33,544 nt of DNA. It comes from a virus (Duplodnaviria > Caudoviricetes). Positions within the stretch are counted from its first letter, which is position 1, and each line of letters begins with the position of its first letter. The stretch spans positions 1-33,544 of the IMG/VR virus record IMGVR_UViG_3300033145_000237. One strand, 5' to 3'. The translations under genes were made by a program, and so were the position numbers. Below, one piece after another: positions 27,154 to 33,544 of the stretch. The notes below the pieces were generated by a model. The model had not been told where the DNA came from and searched no databases. It worked only from the letters and a program-made list of their open reading frames with translations.

Positions 27154-28784
27154 ATCATTTCTCCAATAGTCTCTGCCAATGAATCAGGTTGAGCAGCAAC
27201 TGATGTATTCTTATATGCCTTAGACATCTTGTCAGCTAATTCAGCTTGCTGTGCCTGTTGCGCTTCTTGGTTTCTGGCATCTCTTATCTGTTTAACTTCT
27301 TCATCACTTCTTATTCTTGCAGCTGGATAGCCGGCAGCTATTGCAGAATCTACCGCTGAACCATCTAAATCAAAGTTATCTAATACAGGATGAATTGATT
27401 CAAGAGGTGACCATTTTGATAATGTAACTTCAATTGCATTAGCTTGCATTGCTGACATTGCTACTGCTAATCTACCTTGATATACAATGTCTATATTTAT
27501 ATCACCCAAAATAGAATCATCTATAATTTTATTTTCTACTAATAAATTAAATACGGCTGATATTAACGGGTCTGATAATTCTTTGTTTATACCACCTACA
27601 AATGGGGCAAGCATAGAAAAACTATCTGCTGCTAATTGGTCAACTTCTCTCGCAGATGATAAATTCTTTCTGTTTTCTAAGACTTGGAATATTCCAGTAA
27701 AATAACCATCTCTAATTACTTGCCTCTGTGCCTCTAAGTCTCTGTATGCAGACTCGCTATTACCACCTGTTTTATATGGTTGAGGGTATAGAGCGCCGGG
27801 ACGAATATACATTGCTGAATTTGGTTCTGTTGTTGGTTGACCTACTACGCCATCATCTTCCATCATCATAGGCGGTAAAACATTAAGAGCAGAAGCAAGA
27901 GTATAATCACGCTTCATCTCAATTAGTTCTCTTATTTCTGGTATCATATCAATACCTGGAGATGTACCCATTAACTCATCTTGTGTCTTATCGAATCTAC
28001 CTATCATATAAGGTAAATAGTTAAATCCTTTATCATCTTTTACTATAACTTCATCTTCAACATTGATATATTTCGATACATATTTTTTACTCTCTTTACT
28101 CAAAACTAATTTAGGATTGTAGTCTTTTCTTGGGTATATACAGTGAACAAACTCAAACTTCTTGTTCCTTTGGTTTTTATCTTTCAATGCTTCTTCTACT
28201 GTTTTACCCAATGGCATGTCTGGAAATTCCTGTTGTGCTTGTCTTGGAGTGTACCATAGTCTGTGATATACAGTGTCAATTCTACCTAAACTATCAATAT
28301 CAAAGAATATATCTTTAATATTATGAGACTTAAAATATAAATCGCCAGTATCTGTCATTACAACAGAGATGCAACCTGTACCCAAAACTACCATTGACCT
28401 TATAGTAGAGAACATCTCTCTCTGAAAATTAGACCTACCTATTTCACTTAATGTAATTTCAGTTGCATAAGATAATCCCTTAATTACCTCTTTATCATTA
28501 TTCAAACTTTTATCTGATGGCCTGAATATAAACCATTCTGTACCATTAGGCATTAGGTTAGTGTATATACCTGCTGTCATCTTATATGACGACCTTATAC
28601 CAATAGAGTCTAATATCTCAACCGTCTTGACCATATTGGTATCAGGTGTACCCTCTAACATCATATCTTGCGCATTAGGCCATGATAAACGCGCAGCTTC
28701 TTCAAGTGTAGAGATATATGGCTCTCGCATTCTCTTTAAATCGCTGTATATATATAGTAATTCTTTAACACTTAGTTTTTTCAT
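27150..28784 (-). CDS. Portal (head-to-tail connector), T7 gp8/BPP-1 type
   Basis: 544 aa; RSNF-x2-E, V-x-GTG, D-x2-G-x-IDTV, PY-x3-R...G-x-SPG, PP, SA-x-EV, IRS-x-EEV-x2-IR-x2-R. Confidence 0.93.
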   Translation of the reverse strand: MKKLSVKELLYIYSDLKRMREPYISTLEEAARLSWPNAQDMMLEGTPDTNMVKTVEILDSIGIRSSYKMTAGIYTNLMPNGTEWFIFRPSDKSLNNDKEVIKGLSYATEITLSEIGRSNFQREMFSTIRSMVVLGTGCISVVMTDTGDLYFKSHNIKDIFFDIDSLGRIDTVYHRLWYTPRQAQQEFPDMPLGKTVEEALKDKNQRNKKFEFVHCIYPRKDYNPKLVLSKESKKYVSKYINVEDEVIVKDDKGFNYLPYMIGRFDKTQDELMGTSPGIDMIPEIRELIEMKRDYTLASALNVLPPMMMEDDGVVGQPTTEPNSAMYIRPGALYPQPYKTGGNSESAYRDLEAQRQVIRDGYFTGIFQVLENRKNLSSAREVDQLAADSFSMLAPFVGGINKELSDPLISAVFNLLVENKIIDDSILGDINIDIVYQGRLAVAMSAMQANAIEVTLSKWSPLESIHPVLDNFDLDGSAVDSAIAAGYPAARIRSDEEVKQIRDARNQEAQQAQQAELADKMSKAYKNTSVAAQPDSLAETIGEMI

Positions 28785-28987
28785 TCGCCTAATTTCTGTT
28801 TTAATGCGTTAAGTCTTTGGTCTAATTTACTTTGAATACCTGCAAACATTGTAGATTGTCTACCACCAGCAATATAACTTTTTCGCCTCTGACGTTGCAC
28901 TTCTTTGTTCTTAATATCATTAACATTAGTGACTATTTCCACCGGTTTAGATTCAGGTATATGTGGACTACCTCCGCCTTTACCCAT
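28781..28987 (-). CDS. Small basic protein preceding the portal
   Basis: MGKGGGSP...GRQST...LG pattern typical of pre-portal genes in podoviruses. Confidence 0.75.
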   Translation of the reverse strand: MGKGGGSPHIPESKPVEIVTNVNDIKNKEVQRQRRKSYIAGGRQSTMFAGIQSKLDQRLNALKQKLGE

Positions 28988-29402
28988 CGTTGTTCTCACT
29001 TAAACTTAATGTCATTTCTATATTCTGTTCTTTGAAACCATAGTCTTTAATACAACGTTGGGCAACACTATTTCTACTTGTAGATGCCCGTATTTCACTT
29101 GCGCCTATTTCTCTTGACCACATTTTAATTATTTCAATTATCTCTTTAGATATAACTCTTCGATAACTACTCCATACCTGGTCAAGTAAAACGTAATTCC
29201 TGTTATATGGCCTGAATGCAATTAGTAAACCTACAATCTTATCTTTATCATAACCAACTAATACACATATACTATCTGGATAAGCAGTCATAGATAATCT
29301 AAACTCTTCTGCCATTATGTCTCGTGTATAAGAACCATCTTCAATAAAATGGTCTTTAATTCGACTTATTATATCAGGATTTGTCTCTCTGACTATTCTC
29401 AC
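28980..29402 (-). CDS. GNAT-like acetyltransferase-fold protein
   Basis: IVGLLIA...LDQVW...W-x-REIGA-x-EI-x-A-x-T-x-R...YGF. Confidence 0.65.
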   Translation of the reverse strand: MRIVRETNPDIISRIKDHFIEDGSYTRDIMAEEFRLSMTAYPDSICVLVGYDKDKIVGLLIAFRPYNRNYVLLDQVWSSYRRVISKEIIEIIKMWSREIGASEIRASTSRNSVAQRCIKDYGFKEQNIEMTLSLSENNDG

Positions 29403-29632
29403 ACTATTCCACCGATAGATTGTAGTCTGTTTATAATAGCATCAATAGCTGTATTATTCGCGTCAATAGCAGTCTTAAGTGCAGCTAAATCAGCAACAAT
29501 AGTAGCGGCTTGCGCAGCCGTCATATCTGTTCCAGTATCAACTCCAGTAAGCGAAGCTGTCATCGCCGCACATGCCGCAGGGTCTGATACTGTTGCTAAA
29601 TTTGTTCTTAATTTACTTGCATACGTTGCCAT
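29399..29632 (-). CDS. Small coiled-coil virion protein (head-fibre-like)
   Basis: 77 aa, A/T-rich; V-x-DL-x-AL...I-x-AII-x2-L-x3-G-x-I C-terminus; GAAAGG RBS. Confidence 0.55.
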   Translation of the reverse strand: MATYASKLRTNLATVSDPAACAAMTASLTGVDTGTDMTAAQAATIVADLAALKTAIDANNTAIDAIINRLQSIGGIV

Positions 29633-29649
29633 AATATAAAACCTTTCTT

Positions 29650-31239
29650 TTAAATTGCAAATTTATTTACGCAAAATTTCCTTCGCTGGACATCAACTTG
29701 ATTCCTACGACGAGTAGAAACCCTTGATGCCGCTAATAAAAAATAAATAAATGCGTGGAAGTAATGGTCTTCCCCGCCACTTAACTTAATCCATTTGGCC
29801 TTAGCTATACCAGTGTCAGGGTGAACTTCTACCCTACGAGCAGTCCTCGTTAATTGATACGCAAACTTTTTAATCTCTGGTGTTATCTTTGGTAGCATAA
29901 CTCTATTACCTATAAAAGTATCATATACTTTATCACAATACTCGTTTCTATTACATTTGACAATACCATCTTTATTAAAATTTGGCTTTTCTAACATATT
30001 TTCATTGTAAAAACATCTGTATACCCTGTATCTCTGGCTATTTTGGAATTTTTTAGACTGATGAATGTCAGGCATTGCATCTATAACACATGACTTTACA
30101 TTAAACTTTTTAGCGATTACGTCTAATTCATCAAAGTCATTTACTGTCATTACATTTAAAATATCATACCTGTCTTTATCTATCCTGATTCCTACAACTA
30201 CATGTAATGTATCGCCAACGTCAACCCCCATACATGTCTCACCTGTTGACATTACTTGAGGTGCTAAATTAGTACACGTCATTAAAACGTCTTGTTCACT
30301 TAATTGATTCTCTGTCTCTGTTGACGCAAGACCTAAACTTGTTCGCATAAACTCACATCTACGCTGCCCCTCCGTATTGTCCCACTGATACATCATTTCT
30401 TCTAAATCTGCAAATGGACTCATTAAACCACTTATCCATAAGCCACCTTCACGCCTGTCAGGGTATTCAGCCTCCCAGTGCCCATCTAAGACGCTTATCT
30501 CACTACCGCAATGAACACACACTCTTATCCATTTACCGCCTCTAAACGCTATACTCTTGGGAAATTCACTGGCTAAGTGAGTGTACTTGCCACATGAATT
30601 GCATTTTATCTGCCACATCCTCTGGTCAGAATTCTCATATAACTCGTCTATACCATAATTGGGGTATGTAGGACTACCAAAATTGAACTCATAAGAAAAC
30701 TTGCTTCGTTTAAGACGCTGTTTACTCATATATACCATGTCCATGTCCATTAAATCTAACTCATCTCTGACTATCATATCACATGGAATACTGCGTAAAG
30801 CATCACTATCTTTCTCGTTCGTATTGCCAACTTTCTTGCTCTGTGCCCCTACAAAGACTATACTGCGACCGTTAATCTCCTTTATCCCCGCTGTATTCGT
30901 ATTGACCATCTTCTTTAACCAGGGATTAAAATCAAATATCGGGTCAAAACTAACTTTACTCAACTTCTCCGCACTCGTTACATAAGGCATCATGTACATT
31001 ATATTCTGGTCGAATTTCCTGTATACACACGAATGTACCGATTCAATAAACTTAGTCGTAGTTACACAGCCTTGTGCAGCTTTTCGTACATTAAAAACCT
31101 TCTTGTCACAATTTATCAATCCACCTAAATAAGGCATGCCAGCTAAATCAAAAGTAACGCCGTCTCGAAGCTTTAAACCTCGTAATTTAGCCCAAAGTAA
31201 GCAATCTACTTGCATTAACTTTTCTGTGGTATTATCCAT
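29650..31239 (-). CDS. terL: Terminase large subunit, GpA-like
   Basis: RKAAQ (Walker A region), Y-x-MP, LRS-x-P-x-D-x4-DELD (Walker B), SPT, SDQR-x-W-x2-KC-x2-C...C-x2-C, MGVDVG, VIDA-x-P, DHYFHA. Confidence 0.92.
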   Translation of the reverse strand: MDNTTEKLMQVDCLLWAKLRGLKLRDGVTFDLAGMPYLGGLINCDKKVFNVRKAAQGCVTTTKFIESVHSCVYRKFDQNIMYMMPYVTSAEKLSKVSFDPIFDFNPWLKKMVNTNTAGIKEINGRSIVFVGAQSKKVGNTNEKDSDALRSIPCDMIVRDELDLMDMDMVYMSKQRLKRSKFSYEFNFGSPTYPNYGIDELYENSDQRMWQIKCNSCGKYTHLASEFPKSIAFRGGKWIRVCVHCGSEISVLDGHWEAEYPDRREGGLWISGLMSPFADLEEMMYQWDNTEGQRRCEFMRTSLGLASTETENQLSEQDVLMTCTNLAPQVMSTGETCMGVDVGDTLHVVVGIRIDKDRYDILNVMTVNDFDELDVIAKKFNVKSCVIDAMPDIHQSKKFQNSQRYRVYRCFYNENMLEKPNFNKDGIVKCNRNEYCDKVYDTFIGNRVMLPKITPEIKKFAYQLTRTARRVEVHPDTGIAKAKWIKLSGGEDHYFHAFIYFLLAASRVSTRRRNQVDVQRRKFCVNKFAI

Positions 31240-31711
31240 CTGATACCCTCTCAGGAGTAACAGTTATCGCTGATAACTCTTTCCGCAACTTATCACTCGC
31301 CTTCAATAAAGCACGCTCTTCTTGACTACTCAATATCATAACGTTAGTTACATCGCCACCATTATCTTCCTTAAAATCAGCCTCACTCTTGCCTAATAAC
31401 TCACTTGCTCGCAATCTATCGCCCATATTAACAGTATCATCGTCCATAATGTCTGACCACCACTGTTTACGCTGTAAACGTGTCTTTATATTAAAATTGC
31501 CCTTAACTCGCATATTGTTCATGCGATGCTTTATCTCTCTCTGTATCCGCTCATTACGTAAATTAGTCTTAGAAATGTTCGCTAATGTAACGTAACTGCC
31601 GCCATAACCAGCATCCCTCGCTGCATTAGTGCCATGACCACCATTAGTTAAATACAAATCAAGCCACTTCTGCTGCTTTAAAGTTAAACTCCTGTTCCTA
31701 TGCTTGCCCAT
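31232..31711 (-). CDS. terS: Terminase small subunit
   Basis: LT-x-KQ-x2-W-x3-Y...T-x-AA-x2-AGY...L-x3-I, DRLRASELLGK. Confidence 0.9.
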   Translation of the reverse strand: MGKHRNRSLTLKQQKWLDLYLTNGGHGTNAARDAGYGGSYVTLANISKTNLRNERIQREIKHRMNNMRVKGNFNIKTRLQRKQWWSDIMDDDTVNMGDRLRASELLGKSEADFKEDNGGDVTNVMILSSQEERALLKASDKLRKELSAITVTPERVSDG

Positions 31712-31886
31712 ACGAACCCCTTATATTGTACAACCTCGCAAATACTACATTCAATGAAGATATTAAATCACTACGCTTAACTAATATGTCAGGACTAAGT
31801 ATCGGTAAACTATTGCTCAATTCCATCATAGCACTCAACTTATCATCCAAATCGTCCAATGTCTCTTCAATTTTCATTATATTCAT
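31698..31886 (-). CDS. Hypothetical 62-aa helical protein
   Basis: AAGGA RBS; overlaps the terS start. Confidence 0.6.
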   Translation of the reverse strand: MNIMKIEETLDDLDDKLSAMMELSNSLPILSPDILVKRSDLISSLNVVFARLYNIRGSYGQA

Positions 31887-31966
31887 ATCCTTATTAAAGA
31901 GGAAAATTGTCTAAAAAGGCAAACTGCAAATACTGGTGGAAGGACTGTTATCACACGCACGACATG

Positions 31967-32038
31967 CCCCCCGTCCCGGGGCCACCCCCCCCCCATTGCT
32001 TTTTTTTTGCTTTTTGTCCTGGAAATATTGTCCTGGAC
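31967..32038. other. C/G-tract and T-tract element upstream of the packaging genes
   Basis: C6-GT-CCC-GGGG-CCA-C10-ATTGC-T9-GC-T5, then TTGTCCTGGA twice. Confidence 0.6.
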
Positions 32039-32118
32039 TTGAAGCTTGCTTGGAGTATTGATCTTAATATTGCCATAGTCATTAACATAGTTATACACAA
32101 CGATTGCTCTTGTTATAG

Positions 32119-32763
32119 TTAGTCTGAAACATAATCCCAATCACCCGGCCTTGGCACTCTGTTAGCAATGTAATTGTTGTCTACAAGTTCTTTGCGATTT
32201 AAATATGTTCCAAAGTTAAGCTTGTCATAGTCATCACGCTCTACATAATCCTCAGGATTCGCCAGATAGTCTTCATAGCTTGCAATCCTATCAGTAATAG
32301 GCCTAATTTTTTTTGGCCTTATGACTAATCCTGGAGTTGGTTCATTATCGCCAGTTTCCATGGCTTCAGTAGAAAGATCATTAGGCACGCTTTCAGTGCT
32401 TATTTCTTCAATGCCCGTTTTTGAGCCAGAATCAAGGGTTGAAGTGTCTGTTTTTACCCCCTTTTGCTCAATATTGCCCTCGTTTTTACCCCCATTTTTG
32501 GGGTTGCCTGGATTTTGAGCTATGGGCTCTGTACTATCAATATTCGGTACTCTAAGACCATCGCCATCAGAGACCGAAAGTCTCAGGTCCCCACCGTACG
32601 GCGCTTCAACTTTTGGAGTGACATCTGAAACACGCTCATTATCGCCGAAATACTTGGCAGCAGATGCCCTTACTTCTGTCACTGTTAAACCCTCTTTGCA
32701 TTCATTTAAGCCATTATCTTGGCCATTATCAGCTTTATAGTCTTTATTCTTTTTCTTTCTCAT
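32119..32763 (-). CDS. Hypothetical protein, disordered with a compact C-terminal domain
   Basis: Start MRKKKNK at 32763 follows AAGGGA (track start 32832 has no RBS); ends ANRVPRPGDWDY. Confidence 0.7.
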   Translation of the reverse strand: MRKKKNKDYKADNGQDNGLNECKEGLTVTEVRASAAKYFGDNERVSDVTPKVEAPYGGDLRLSVSDGDGLRVPNIDSTEPIAQNPGNPKNGGKNEGNIEQKGVKTDTSTLDSGSKTGIEEISTESVPNDLSTEAMETGDNEPTPGLVIRPKKIRPITDRIASYEDYLANPEDYVERDDYDKLNFGTYLNRKELVDNNYIANRVPRPGDWDYVSD

Positions 32764-32954
32764 TCTAAATAGTCCCTTAAATAATTTAATAATGTTGTTT
32801 TTTGCAACTATAACGTTGTTTTTTATATTCATAGCTTAAGTTCTTTAGTAATAATAACATACAATAATAATAGCACAATAGTTATAATCTAATGTTTATT
32901 TAATACAACAAGTTTCTCTAAACTAACCTTAATAATGTTTTATAAATATATTGC

Positions 32955-32967
32955 TAAAATGTTGATT
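32955..32967 (-). promoter_or_regulatory. IHF-consensus site
   Basis: AATCAA-CATT-TTA matches WATCAA-N4-TTR, although in very AT-rich DNA. Confidence 0.35.
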
Positions 32968-33018
32968 TTTAGGCTAATAACGCCGATTAAAATAATATAG
33001 TGTTGATCTTTAAATCTT

Positions 33019-33034
33019 TGGCATAAACATTGCA
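33019..33034 (+). promoter_or_regulatory. Sigma-54 (-24/-12) promoter
   Basis: TGGCAT-AAACA-TTGCA matches TGGCAY-N5-TTGCW; intergenic, oriented toward 33140. Confidence 0.65.
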
Positions 33035-33139
33035 CTATATACAAGTAGTTATGGCTTAATAGATTATGTACTCAAGTTTACAGCTTGTGTAGCCGAATAA
33101 TAATAAGACAATAATAATTTTTTATGAAAGGGTAAAAAA

Positions 33140-33331
33140 ATGGAAACTGTTTGGATTTATACTTTTAACGAAAAGGCTCAGCCAACAGAAGCTTTTACAA
33201 CATTGGCACTACTAAAAAGGGACTTGCCCGCTTATATACTAACGAGGATTAGTAGCGGGTACTATGATATTGAGAGTAAGTTTGGAGATCGCATAGGCAC
33301 AGTCAAAAAATTGCCTCTTATTATCCAATAA
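33140..33331 (+). CDS. Hypothetical 63-aa protein (probable early gene)
   Basis: GAAAGGG RBS; first gene after the divergent control region. Confidence 0.7.
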   Translation: METVWIYTFNEKAQPTEAFTTLALLKRDLPAYILTRISSGYYDIESKFGDRIGTVKKLPLIIQ

Positions 33332-33364
33332 AATGTTAATTATAATTAGAAAGTGAGGTTTATT

Positions 33365-33544
33365 ATGAAAGTAGTTAAAATACACAAACAACACTGCTTA
33401 AGTAAGGTCGAAGAAAATACTATTTATGCCGTTCTTGAAGATAATGGCAATCGCCTTGTGATTGCCCCAGTTAATTGCCAGTTGCCCATTGTACCCACTG
33501 AACTAATTCAAGCTTGCATGGTATTTAACGTTGGAGATAGTACA
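33365..33544 (+). CDS. Hypothetical protein, partial (MKVVKIHKQH..., runs off the window)
   Basis: GAGGT RBS; 60 open codons to the window edge. Confidence 0.65.
   Translation, partial: MKVVKIHKQHCLSKVEENTIYAVLEDNGNRLVIAPVNCQLPIVPTELIQACMVFNVGDST

Larger units (their letters stand above)
1..33544. mobile_element. Bacteriophage genome fragment (podovirus-like morphogenesis module; free phage or prophage not distinguishable)
   Basis: Contiguous terS-terL-portal-scaffold-capsid-tail tubular A/B-internal virion protein order on the - strand, converging on a + strand replication/recombination arm. No cellular genes or att/integrase seen. Confidence 0.96.

Noticed and set aside
31883-32140. 85-aa (-) and 71-aa (+) ORFs across the G-tract
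   Set aside because: Translations are dictated by homopolymer runs (GGG, KKK, PPP, FFF); more likely non-coding.
32152-32167. Second sigma-54-like motif TGGCAC-TCTGT-TAGCA (+)
   Set aside because: Mismatch in the -12 box, and it lies antisense within codons for ANRVP; probably coincidental.

Overview
This window is a large, AT-rich (roughly one-third GC by eye) fragment of an uncultured-type tailed phage with a podovirus gene layout. No host housekeeping genes, rRNA, tRNA, CRISPR array, integrase, DNA or RNA polymerase, or recognisable endolysin were seen. 1-6.4 kb (+): recombination/replication arm with an SSB-like protein, NinB-like protein, hexapeptide-repeat protein, truncated initiator, DnaC-like loader, HNH nuclease, RuvC-like resolvase and small ORFs. 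6.46-32.8 kb (-): morphogenesis arm with TerS, GpA-type TerL, portal, scaffold, major capsid protein, tail tubular proteins A and B, ejection proteins and two beta-helix spikes, ending at a minus-strand terminator. Beyond 32.8 kb: a divergent AT-rich control region and the start of small + strand genes. The most notable observations are: (1) the tail nozzle (tubular protein B) is split into two genes, with a fibre cassette between them and a LamG domain fused to the C-terminal half; (2) the major-capsid leader has repeated GAYAA-bulged hairpins and a perfect 10-nt anti-Shine-Dalgarno in a mutually exclusive fold; (3) an ADP-ribosyltransferase-like domain in the largest ejection protein is bracketed by an in-frame 10-bp direct repeat; (4) a consensus sigma-54 promoter with an IHF-type site precedes the rightmost genes; (5) GATC avoidance is near-total and ends abruptly at a G/C-tract upstream of terS. 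All family assignments come from motif recognition by eye; no searches were run.
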